Shown: piece by piece, positions 42,700 through 54,593 of the stretch | Numbering within the stretch: position 1 is the first letter of the stretch | How the letters are laid out: each line of letters begins with the position of its first letter | NCBI GenBank assembly: GCA_951406725.2 | Contig: OX597816.1 | Span: 124,062,001-124,126,000, forward strand | DNA from: Octopus vulgaris | Lineage: Eukaryota | Reading direction: 5' to 3' | DNA: 64,000 nt | The notes under the pieces: generated by a model | Seen by the model: only the letters and a program-made list of their open reading frames with translations | What the model was told of the DNA's origin: nothing | The model's database searches: none | Made by a program: the position numbers and the translations under genes

Positions 42700-43702
42700 A
42701 AAGTTTAGACAGCTCCTACCCCTACTAGCGACAAAAGGTCTCTCACTCAGAGTGAAAGGTAGATTGTATGATGCATGTGTGTGAACTGCCATGCTTCACG
42801 GTAGTGAAACATGAGCCATGACTGCAGAGGACATGCGTAGACTTGAAAGAAATGAAGCTAGCATGATCCGCTGGATGTGTAATGTCAGTGTGCATGCACA
42901 ACAGAGTGTAAGCACCCTGAGAGAAATGCTGGACGTAAGAAGCATCAGATGTGGTGTGCAAGAGTGATGCTTGCGATGGTATGGTCATGTACTGTGGATG
43001 GATGAGGAGAGATGTGTGAAGAAGTGCCGCTCCCAAACAGTTGAAGGAATCAGGTAGACCCAGGAAGACATGGGATGAGGTAGTCAAGCATGATCTCAGA
43101 GCGTTGGGTCTCACTGAGGCAATGGCAAAGGACCAAGATCTCTGGAGATGTGCTGTGACTGCAAAGACCCGGGCTGCTTCCGGCACCAGTTCCGCATAGC
43201 CCCTGTTCATTCAAAGTACCTTGGATCCCAGAACATTCATTGTGCTTGAGGAGACCTGTTGAGTCAAGTGCATGTACATGAACATCGAAACAAATATCAA
43301 GGAAATAGTAGTTCTGATACCTGTTCCGGTGGCACATAAAAAGCACCATCCGAACGTGGCTGTTGCCAGTGCCGCCTCGACTGGCTTCTGTGCCAGTGGC
43401 ACATAAAAGGCACCATCTGAACGTGGCTGATGCCAGTGCCACCTTGGCTGGCTTCTGTGCCGGTGGCATGTTAAAAGCACCAACCGATCGTGGCCGATGC
43501 CAGACTCCCCTGGCACCTGTGCTGGTGGCACGTAAAAAGCACCCACTACACTCGTGGAGTGGTTGGTGTTAGGAAGGGCATCCAGCTGTAGAAACACTGC
43601 CAGATCAGACTGGAGCCTGGTGCAGCCCCTGGCTTCCCAGACCCCGGTCGAACTGTCCAACCCATGCTAGCGCGGAAAACGGACGTTAAACGATGATGAT
43701 GA

Positions 43703-43705
<3 letters not shown>
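42700..43705 (+). mobile_element. RTE LINE 3' fragment with tandem-repeat UTR and (GAT)n tail
   Basis: KGRLYDACV..MLHGSET...LERNEASMIRWMCNV...LRWYGHV; GRPRKTW. Confidence 0.88.
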
Positions 43706-43736
<31 letters not shown>

Positions 43737-44230
43737 TCATCATCATCGTTTAACGTCCGTTATATATATATTCATATATATATATATGTATATAATACAG
43801 CGAGAAATTCATTTTAGTACCACTAAGTTGAATTTCTCTCCCCTGTGGACTCGGAAATAACTTCCCTAAGATTAATAATTTTATGTGTGTGTATATATAT
43901 GTATATATATGCTCCCATCCAACCCATGGTAGCATGGAAAACGGACGTTAAACGATGATGATGATGATGATGTTGGACTCTCCTGTTGAAGCCGATGTAT
44001 GACCGTTCAACTTTAACCGAATGACCTGCACAAATGATTTGTTTATTCTGATCAAATGTTCATGCACTGTACATTATCTCACCCACTCCATCAAATCAAC
44101 AAGGTGCACAAGGTACACTGTGTACCACATGTCAAGTGTCAAAGTGGTTGTAGAATCACTCTCTCTTCCCCTCCCTCTCTCTCTTCTCTGTCTATCTGTG
44201 TGTTTGTTTCTCGTTCCACCACTCTCTGTC

Positions 44231-44270
<40 letters not shown>

Positions 44271-44361
44271 TCCCTTTCTAACAGATGTATGGTCTTTGCC
44301 TTAGCTTCAAAACAATTTAAATAGGTTACCTGATACTGCATGAAAATATACATATACAAAC

Positions 44362-44393
<32 letters not shown>

Positions 44394-44493
44394 CATGTAT
44401 ATATATGCATATATATATGTATATGTATACATATGTATATGTATATGTATATATATATATAAATATATATATATGTATATATATATATGTGTG

Positions 44494-44528
<35 letters not shown>

Positions 44529-44542
44529 ATATCTATCTATCT

Positions 44543-44597
<55 letters not shown>

Positions 44598-44685
44598 TAT
44601 ATACATTTCAAAATGTAACCACAAGTGAATCATTGGCGATTTTTTCCCTCTGTCTTCCTTTTCTCTTGGACTTTTTCTGAGTCCT

Positions 44686-44720
44686 GTTTCTGACAAAGAG
44701 CCTTGCTTGAAACATAAGAC
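44686..44720 (+). ncRNA. Degenerate minimal hammerhead motif (family H1)
   Basis: gttt CTGACAA A GAGC ctt GCTT GAAA CA TA agac. Confidence 0.5.
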
Positions 44721-44834
44721 TACCTTTCTTTCCTTCCCCGGGCATTTGCTGATAATTTGCATGTACCACATACTTTCATTGTTGTTTTATCTTGTTGTGT
44801 TTTCCGGGGGGAGGGATTAACTATATATATATAT

Positions 44835-45107
44835 ATAAAGCGATGGCTTGTTGCCAACATAATGTGGCAGTCCCAGGAAAGGGAAGCATGCGACTGCTAT
44901 TTAGCTCCAATAAACACTGTTTCTAGAAAGCTAAATGACACAAGTGTTCCGTGTCCTTAAGTTTTCAAACTGTTTGAAAACTTAAGGACACGGAACACTT
45001 GTGCCATTTAGCTTTCTAGAAACAGTGTTTATTGGAGCTAAATAGCAGTCACATGCTTCCCTTTCCTGGGACTGCCACATTATGTTGGCAATAAGCCATC
45101 GCTTTAT
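44835..45107. repeat. Near-perfect palindrome, 136-bp arms, 1-nt spacer at 44971
   Basis: ...ccttaagttttcaaac t gtttgaaaacttaagg...; arms resemble the pseudo-LTR at 24310-24425. Confidence 0.95.
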
Positions 45108-45200
45108 CATGTTGTTACTGCACAACTCTGAGAGATTTAGAAATGCAATATTTCTGTATATACATATATATATATATATATATTTTTATTTTATAGAAGG

Positions 45201-45251
45201 AGCTTCTACAGGACTAGAACTGTTTCATTCAAAAGAAATCATCAGGAAGCT
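45201..45251 (-). ncRNA. Type I hammerhead motif
   Basis: agcttc CTGATGA tttc tttt gaat GAAA cag ttctagtc ctg TA gaagct; note the U-U opposition at the base of stem II. Confidence 0.75.
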
Positions 45252-45566
45252 AGGTGACAAGAATAGTTTTGGCATTTATACATTTAGGCAGATTTAAAGT
45301 GGTGGTGGTGGGGGACTTTTTGGGGTAGGCATGGCGCAAACTGTCTTTCTTAGGGGAGTGGTCAAAAGAATCAGTGATAAAGTAGATAAAAGAATAAATA
45401 GAATGAAGTTTTAGGTAAAAAAGAAGACTATCACTTATATATATATACATATATATATACATACATATATATATATATATATACATATACACACATACAT
45501 ACATACATATATATATATATATGCACCCACATACATACATATACGTACACACCCATACACATACTC

Positions 45567-45617
45567 AGCTTCCTGATGATTTCTTTTGAATGAAACAGTT
45601 CTAGTCCTGTAGAAGCT
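45567..45617 (+). ncRNA. Type I hammerhead motif, identical inverted copy
   Basis: Same sequence as the reverse complement of 45201-45251. Confidence 0.75.
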
Positions 45618-45700
45618 CCTTCTATAAAATAAATTAATTTACTCTGCTATGTATTGAGTACCTTATTTACTGTGGTTAACCCCGACTCAACCCGGGACCT

Positions 45701-45734
<34 letters not shown>

Positions 45735-45802
45735 TTAATAAGGGTCGTATTTATCGTTATGGTAAAATCTGGCGTGTGATTGAGTGGATTTCATCCAGAT
45801 AG

Positions 45803-45884
45803 TTTTGGCTGACGAGCTACAAGTGGATTTTTTTGTAAGTAAAATTACATTTAATTCATTAATAGCGAAACAATTGTCCCAAAA
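45803..45884 (+). ncRNA. Type I hammerhead ribozyme with fully canonical core and GUC cleavage site (after 45878)
   Basis: ttttgg CTGACGA gcta [about 43 nt] tagc GAAA c aatt g TC ccaaaa. Confidence 0.85.
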
Positions 45885-46030
45885 ATAATCTGTATTTTTG
45901 TTATTTTTTATTTGCCCTGTCCGTGTGAGCTAACAATCGTACTGACTTTCATGGGAAATATGTATTTTTGTGGTTAAAACCTTTTGGATTAACTGGTGCT
46001 AGAGTGAGCCATATAGTGACCACTCTCTTA

Positions 46031-46172
<142 letters not shown>

Positions 46173-46186
46173 GACATATATATTTG

Positions 46187-46472
46187 TGGAGGTGCAATGG
46201 CCCAGTGGTTAGGCCAGTGGACTCGCAGTCGTAGGATCGTAGTTTCAATTCTCAGACCGGGCATTTTGAGTGTTTATTGAGGCTCTGGCAGGGGGTTGTG
46301 GTGATCCCTGCTGTACTCTTTCACCACAACTTTTTCTCACTCTTTCTTCTGTTGGCCTGCTCACTTAGCCAGTGGGGTGGTGTCATTGAAGGCTAAAATA
46401 ATGTGAACCGCATAGTGACCAGCGATGTGTAGCAACATCTGATGGGCCTGGTCGGTCATGTGATTACATGAT
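46187..46472 (+). mobile_element. tRNA-derived SINE family C with RTE-like 3' tail
   Basis: tRNA-like head gcaatggcccagtggttagg...gtttcaattc; tail gtgaccagcg...ctggtcggtcatgtgat matches the RTE end at 23606-23660. Confidence 0.75.
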
Positions 46473-47129
46473 ATTTATATTTACATATAAGGCTGAGCGC
46501 AAAATACTGAACCTTACAAAGGAGATGACAGAGGACTAAGATATGGTACTCAAGAAGACCTGCTCACAACAATGGAGATTCTAAAACCAAAGTGCCACGT
46601 AAAAAGCACTGGTTGTACATTCTGTACAGAGGTTGGTGTTAGGGAAAACATCCAGCCTTAGAACCCATGCCAAATCAGACTATGGAACCTGGTGCAGCCC
46701 TTGGCCTTGCCAGTTCTTGTCAAGCTGTCCAGCACATGCCAGTATGGAAAATGGACATTAAGTGTCGATGAGGATGATGATGATTATGATTATGATGATA
46801 CACACATACATGCAAACACACACATACACACATGCACAGTGAGACTGAAACTAAAGCCATGTGGTCAGGATGTAGACTTCTTAAACACAGTCATGCCTAC
46901 TTCCACGTGTGTGCATGTGTGTGTGTGTGTGTGTGTGCATGTGTGTTCACTTATTATTATATTATTATATTATTATTATATCTTTCAACATCTTGTATAA
47001 AGATCTTACCCTCTCCTTTCAGATTTGTAAACGAGTTTTTATGGCACCATTTTATCTTAACCGGTAACTTTAGTGAAAGTGTCATATTTTTGATATCCCT
47101 TTAAGCCACTGTGGTTAATAAAGAGATTG

Positions 47130-47160
<31 letters not shown>

Positions 47161-47162
47161 TA

Positions 47163-47220
<58 letters not shown>

Positions 47221-47589
47221 CAAAGGGAAAATATTATGCCAATTTGTATGGAATTCTTGAATGCTGGAATAAAGAAGTTGACAAGGTCATAATCCTGCCA
47301 ATTACCAGTGGAAGTCTGGGAGTAGTGATGAGGAATTTGAGAATAAATTGTGGAATGCTAGATCTTGGAACAATGAATTAAATTGATACTAGTACTTTAC
47401 TGGTACTTATTTTATCAACCTAGTAAAGATGATAGTCAAAGTTAACCTTAGTTGGATTTGAAACCAGAAGGTTATGGAATATAACTACACACTGTTAAGC
47501 ATATTGGTTCGACGACATACTCAGTCTGCTGTTCACTGATCCTATGACAATAATTGAGGTTTTCATTTTCAGATTCTCAGATGCTTTGT

Positions 47590-48410
47590 AACAATGATTT
47601 CTTTTTGATATATTTAGATAATGATTTCTTTTGACAGGAATACATAATATACATAATAATAATAAACATATTACAGCAACGAACAATATGAACACCTACA
47701 TATACCACCTATATATGAATTCCGAAAGTGAATATCTACATAAATATTTTTTTTTGAAAAAAGCCAAATCAGTCATAAAAAATAAAATCTCATATTGAAG
47801 AACCTTCACAGACTCTGTACATTAGCTAGATATAGCTGGAATTTAATCAATAATGGCTATTCTAACATTGTAGTCAACCAACATATCAAATGTTACAGAG
47901 GAAAAATAAATTGATTTTACTTATACAAACACTAATGAAGTATAGCAAGGCTACAAGAAAATGCACACATATAGCAAGTATACAAGAAAAGGCACACATA
48001 CACACACACCCAAAGAATATTTTAGGCAGACAAAAATGTACTATGGTTACTGGACTGATGAATTTGTCTTAAAAAAGCTGATAAAACACTACACTAAATG
48101 CATTAACCTTAATGATAAACTAGTATTGGAAATTTATTATAAAATCATAAAGATTAGAAACTTGGTTATCAACAATAAACCAGAAGCCAGAAAGGATGAG
48201 AAAATGTTCCAAATGACTAATGTAATATACTGATTGAACTGCAGATATGAAAGTTGGAAACTTCATCATCCTAACTGCTATACCACATTATTCAACAGTC
48301 AAACCATGCATTTCTAACAAGGTACTATTGTAAAACATTACAATACATATTATAATACATAACATGACAGATAACAGTCTTGTTCCATGGAAAGTAGCCC
48401 ACCCACAAAG
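47590..48410 (+). mobile_element. PLE C-terminal remnant (thumb/linker and GIY-YIG start)
   Basis: MNSESEY, LINNGYSNIVVNQHIK, MTNVIY*LNC, TMHF*QGTIVKH. Confidence 0.6.
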
Positions 48411-48466
48411 ATAAGAGACAAATAATAGAATCAATTTTTTAATATGTGTGTGTGTGTTACTATATA

Positions 48467-48498
<32 letters not shown>

Positions 48499-49299
48499 CA
48501 TGTGTGTGTTGCCTATGTACAAAATCATTATTAAGGAAGTCATCCTCCTCCTCCTCATCATAATAGGCTGCCCATTAATAAGTGACCATAACTATTTATA
48601 AAATCATGAGTCAAGCTGTCAAAAGTGGATCACATTCCCCCCACTGGTTTCTGTCCTGGGCTGTTATGGTTCACCTGTGGGTATTAATATTTTATCTCTT
48701 TGTTACCTTTAACCACTTCCTTGCCTCTAATCTGAACAACAGGGTTGCTAATTCTATTGCTCAGTATATTTTGCACTTCATATGGACCTTATCCTTTGTA
48801 TGCTGTTTTACAATTATGCTCTCTCAACTTTACAGATGCTCATCACATGATTTAGTTTGTTTCAGAGCTTACGATCACAGCTGATTACTCTGATTTTATT
48901 GGTAAAGCAGCTTGTCACTACCAATTTCTTCATTTTAACAGTGTAGAGCTAGAGATAGAACTGGACTGTAAGAGAACTTCCATCTTCTAGATATCAATAT
49001 TCAGAGCTTTGTGGCTGCACAATCACAAGTGCCTATCAGATCCTCAACTATGGAAGACAAGGGCACAATCATCAGCAAGCAGTATCCCTCTCTCCCTTTT
49101 CCTCCCTCTCTCTCTCCTGATCCATCTCTGTCTGTCTGTCTGTTTCTCTCTCTCTAACAGATGTATGGTCTTTGCCTTAGCTTCAAGGCAATTTAAGTAG
49201 GTTAGTGTTTGATGTTAACCTGTCTAAATACCTAAAACTACATGAAAATATATACTACAAATACACTGAAAGTATAACTGTATGTATATATATATTTTT

Positions 49300-49608
49300 T
49301 TTTATGTGCCCTTTTCACGCCTAGCCAGGCTCATGGGCCCAGTTTCCCAGTTTCTGTGGTGTATGTGTTACCCCCAGCTGGACAGGACATCAGTGCATCG
49401 CAGCGTTACTCAAGAAACAGGAAGAGAGAGCGAGAGAAAGTTGTGGCGAAAGAGTACAACAGGGGTCACCACCACCCCCTGCCAGAGCCTCGTGGAGCTT
49501 TAGGTGTTTTCGCTCAATAAACACATACAATGCTTGGTCTGGGAATCGAAACCATGAAGCTCTGACCATGAGTTCGCTGCCCTAACCACTGGGCCATTGC
49601 ACCTCCAC
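49300..49608 (-). mobile_element. SINE with family C head and a different tail
   Basis: Minus strand gtggaggtgcaatggcccagtggttagg...ggtttcgattcc. Confidence 0.7.
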
Positions 49609-49624
49609 ATAACTGTATGTATAT

Positions 49625-51250
49625 ACTTTCATTTAATGAAAAGCATCTTAAGCTATGCAAACAAACAGGCTGAGAATAATGTTGGATAATGTTGGTGTGA
49701 GAAAACAGTCTTGTTTGACTCCCACAGTAACATTAAACTGTATGACTCTGAAGGTTATCTGAGTAACTAAACCATCATGCAATTGTGTAAGGACACTGTC
49801 ATATATTTGAATTTTGATGTCCTATGAATGACATCCAAACCTTCTAAATGCCTGCAGCATGTTTGGCCAGTTTAATGTGTTGAATGCCTTCATAAAGTCA
49901 ACAAAGGGTATATACAGTGCCTTGTTTTGTTGCACACATTTCTTCTCACAGAGGCAAAACACCACATCTATGTTGTTTCTTTATTAGTGTCTTCATCACT
50001 AAAGTAAACAGAAAAATCTCTTGATAGTTTTTACATTCACTCTTATATTACCTTTCTCGAATATTAATATGGTACTAGCATTTTTCCAGTTTGGGACATC
50101 CTTTGCCAGTCATGCTTCCAGAATTAAATAATGGAGACATCTACTGAGTTTGTTTGTTTCTTATTATGCACTTTTATTATCCTGTCCACTCCTGGTGCCT
50201 TTCTTTCTGAGAGTGGTCTTAGTGGCAACCAATATCTCTTTTATATTTACTAGTCCTCCATTGATACATTATTTGTGTCACATTTTACAAGGTTTCTAAT
50301 CGAAGCACCCTTGTACATTGAGCATTTGCTGAAAGTGTTCAAATATTCATAATTTTCCTGGAACATTTCTGATCTGTCACCTGATCTCAGCTGAGCGACA
50401 CTTTTTTCTGCTTCTCTGGCCAAAATACATTCATCAGTGCAGCATCAAAGATATACATGTTACTGAAATCAACAGCAATTTGCTGCATGGTAGCTTTATT
50501 TTTCTATCACTTAAACTTCATTCTGTAGGCTTCTTGTTAGTCTTGATCAAGTGGTGGGAATCTAGAGATATATTTATTTGTGTTACTCTAATATTGAAAA
50601 AGAAAAAAAAAATGAACAAATAAAAGAAATTCTCTTGACATTTCTTCACAGGACTTACAAATATTGCTTTAACTATTGTAAACAACACTGCAGAAGCAGA
50701 ATAAGAACTATCTTGTATTCATACGAATTGGCTTTGCTGGTATGTCTCCCATAATTCCAGAACATTATCCATATCACTTTCCAGAGTGGCTTTCTCAGTC
50801 TTTTTTATTGCTAGTATAATGACTTTGGAGGTTTGGCCTTGTTCAGTTCATGGAAACTTCTGTGAAGATTGCCTTTGATTAAGGTATTCAGTGATCGATG
50901 CTACAGTTTGGCCTTTTCCACCACTCATGTAAAATGTATATCATCTATGTTCTGCAACCTAGTTATGATACAGCCAAGTAGATACCAGAGCTTCAAGCAT
51001 GGATGCATTCTAGCTGCTTCCCACTCGTATTCTGTTTGAAGGAAGTCTTGGCATTAATGACACTCTGCTTAGAACCTAAAATGGGAAATTTCCCAATTGA
51101 GTAGTCTGCCAACAACAGCCAGGCTGCTTATCTCCTTGTCAAATGTGAAATCTCTTATTAATTTTAGCTTGTCTCTCTGGGGTACATTGCATATTATCAT
51201 TTGGTGAGTGCTGCAGAACCCTTATTTTGTATCATCATGGCTGATGACAC
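49625..51250 (-). mobile_element. RTE/BovB LINE relic (APE end and RT)
   Basis: MHPCLKLWYLL (WxHPRSKxWHLID-like), FVDFMKAFNTLNW, VGVKQDCFLTPTL. Confidence 0.7.
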
Positions 51251-52481
51251 ATGAGCATAAATACTGAACGATGTAGCATTCCTTTCTCATAGAAACTCTG
51301 AAGCTCCCAGTCTAGTGACCTGGTAGCAGTTGTGGTTCTTGGCTTATCCCTTTCATTACTGTATTTATTTTGAGATGCTCTGTGTTGCTTTCAATTACTT
51401 CAAATATAACAAAGAATTTAGAAAATAACTTAGTTATCATTCAGCTTGTGTTAGGGCCTGATAATGGCTTATTTTCTTGTATCCTATTGCACTTTTAAAT
51501 GCTGCACAGAATGGGAGATAGCTAGAGTTATTCAAGGTACTTTGGGCATTATTCAGTTCAGTATTTTTTTGACTTATTGACATTATTTCCATTGCAATTC
51601 TTACAATAGTTTTCTTAGTTACTAGTCTCCTACACTTGATGAGCTGTAGTATACATAACAGCTAAAGATGGGCCCCAAAAAGATGAAATAGCTCAAGACT
51701 CAACATCTATCCAATACCACCTATATGTTCTGTAGCAACAACTTATATGGGTGGACATACATCACACTGTTGTTATCTAAAGGCCAGATGATGCAGTGAT
51801 ATAGAAATTAAAGAAGTGGTTTATCAGAAGTAATGGGCTGTTAGAATAAATGCATTACAGTATCTAAGCTTATTTCTATATGTTTGGAGTTCAGTTCTTG
51901 TTGGAATTGACATTGCACATATATGTTTATGAGAGACATGAACCACATTTACTACATAATATAGCACTGTAGTTGAAACCATTTCTTCCCATTTATAATT
52001 ATAATGTTCTCGAGAAAGGCATACAATACATACAATCTTATTTTCCCTCATTTATCACTCTGCCGAGGCATTGTGCTTATGCAAGAAATCAATAGAATAT
52101 GAATCAACAATTAAGAACCAAAAATGTCACATATACACACATATAGCAAAAACATGGGTATAAATACTTACACAATCCAGATCTGCAGGCAACAGTACTT
52201 TGGTAAAATTGACAAGTGTTTGGTTATCTCTAAGTGCTAAGCTCAAATCCAAATTTTCTCATAAGAATAGCTTATAATGGGTTGTGACAGGTTGGTATGC
52301 CCTAAGATGTACAGCAGTGTCATCAGTGATAGCCTGTTGACCCAATGGCGTTTACAGCTCACAAACAAACGAAAGCAGGCACAGACACTAGAGTATATAT
52401 TTATGTAAATATACCTGTATATTTATACATTCTGCGAGTGTATGTATATGTTTGGGTAAGGATATAAATATATATATGTAC

Positions 52482-52522
<41 letters not shown>

Positions 52523-52548
52523 CATGTATGTGTGTGAGGGTATAGAGC

Positions 52549-52602
<54 letters not shown>

Positions 52603-53274
52603 ATGTTGTGTGTGTGTGTAGATATAGATATATACATACATATATATATAACATTTACACCACTCATGCTACACTGCATATGCACATATATGTATGAATG
52701 TGAATATGTCATCATGATCATCATCATGATCATCATCATTATCATCATCATTTTATGTTCATTTTTCATGCTGACTTGGAGAGGAAAGTTTGACAGGATT
52801 CTCTGAGTTGGGAGAACCATATCTTACTTCAGTCTATATACAGAGAGACAAAGAGAGAGATAGATAGTATCCACCCACATGTCCGTCTCTGCTTATCTCT
52901 CTCTCTCTCTATCTATCTACCTCTCTATCTATCTATCTATCTATCTGTCTGTCTGCCTGCCTGTCTGACTGTCCGTCTGTCTGTCTGTCTGTCTTATACA
53001 TGTCTATTTCACCGTCTGTATATGTATGTATGTATATGTATAAATAAATAGACAGTATGTTTCTCTCTTTCTCTTTGACTTTCTGTCTCTCTCTCTCTCT
53101 GTTTTTCTCTCTGTCTCTCTTACTTTTTTCCTGTCTTTATTTCTTTCTTTCTTTCTTTCAAACTATAACTATGTTCAGTCTGATGAAGATATTTCAAGCG
53201 TCTGTTGTTATAGCTTCGGGCTGACTAGAGTCCTTGAGAACAGATTTGACAAACAGAAACTGAAAAAAACCTTG

Positions 53275-53309
<35 letters not shown>

Positions 53310-53860
53310 CACACACATACATGCATATGTGTGTGTGTGTGTGTGTGAAAGAGAGAAAATATGAGATGTATGTGTATGCATATGCTTATCTCCTTCGTTT
53401 TACATTACATGGTTGTGGTAAGAACTGTCATTCATTTCGAATATCCTGTCTAAACATCTCTAACTATGGGGAAATATTACCTTCCAGGTGAAGGTGGACA
53501 ACAAGAAGGACATCTTGCTGCAGAAAATCTCCCTCAATAAACTCTGTCTGACTTATGCAAGCAAAGCAAAATAGATGTTAAAATGATGGTGATGATAACA
53601 TATATATTAAATATATTAAGTAGACACACACACACACACACATATGTATGTATATATGTATATGTATATGTATATATTATGTATATATATATACATACAT
53701 ACATACATACATACATAGCCAACAACTGATGAAGGGTTCTTCTTTGGGTTACTTACCCTGCCTTCCATTTTTTTCTCTCATTGTTTGCAGATTTAAGTCC
53801 TTTGCTTGTGTATTTCATGCTGTTTACTGTTGGTGATGTCCTGTACCCATATATGCATGC

Positions 53861-53917
<57 letters not shown>

Positions 53918-53920
<3 letters not shown>

Positions 53921-54178
53921 TTGCGGCCAAAATGTTCAAAACGGCATTGTTTTCGTCAGAAAAGTAGGTATAAGTTTTTATCAAAATAGTTTTATATTCT
54001 ATATAAAATCATCCATAACCTTTGTATTATCCTCTCAAATTACACCAAAATCTCAGGCAATAACAAATAATATCGTATTTATTGTCTGTGAAAATTATAG
54101 AATATAAAACAACTTTGATAAAAAACTTATACCTACTTTTCTGATGAAAAAACGTTCTGAACATTTTGGCCGCCACTG
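53918..54178. mobile_element. Tc1-like MITE inserted in (TA)n
   Basis: Imperfect TIRs of about 85 bp starting cagttgcggccaaaatgttc / gaacattttggccgccactg; TA flanks. Confidence 0.85.
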
Positions 54179-54207
54179 TATATATATATATATATATATA
54201 TAATATA

Positions 54208-54561
54208 AAATGAGACAAGAACGCAAAACATCCAGACAGTTAGGTGATACAAAAAAGGGACAATAAAACATCCAGATAGACGATACAAAGAAAACAAGGA
54301 CAGGTCATTTGGAGTATTCTTTCCTCAGTTGAGTTCCAGATTATCTTTGCAATTTCAGCTGGTTATACTCGAGATTGCTTCAATCTGGCCAGCCCCAATT
54401 GGAGCATTAGATTCCATGGAAAAAAGCAGCGAATATACACGAAAACAAGGACGGAAAAAAATCAGAGAATGTTACACAAATACAAATAACAGCAGGTGTC
54501 TTTCGACTAAGGACAAATTAAATTAAGCTGGCGTGTTTTCTTTCCTCAGTCGAGTTCCAGA

Positions 54562-54565
<4 letters not shown>
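54208..54565. repeat. (TA)n-flanked element with an internal direct repeat of about 26 bp
   Basis: ttctttcctcagtYgagttccagatt near 54318 and 54538. Confidence 0.55.

Positions 54566-54593
<28 letters not shown>

Noticed and set aside
46187-46262. tRNA gene
   Set aside because: No full cloverleaf; it continues into a SINE body
53940-54165. CTGACGA/CTGATGA in the MITE arms as hammerheads
   Set aside because: Followed by GAAC rather than GAAA, with no stems I or III; the element is explained as a Tc1-like MITE
54300-54375. Minus-strand GAAA...CTGAGGA as a permuted hammerhead
   Set aside because: No UH cleavage triplet or paired stems could be assigned
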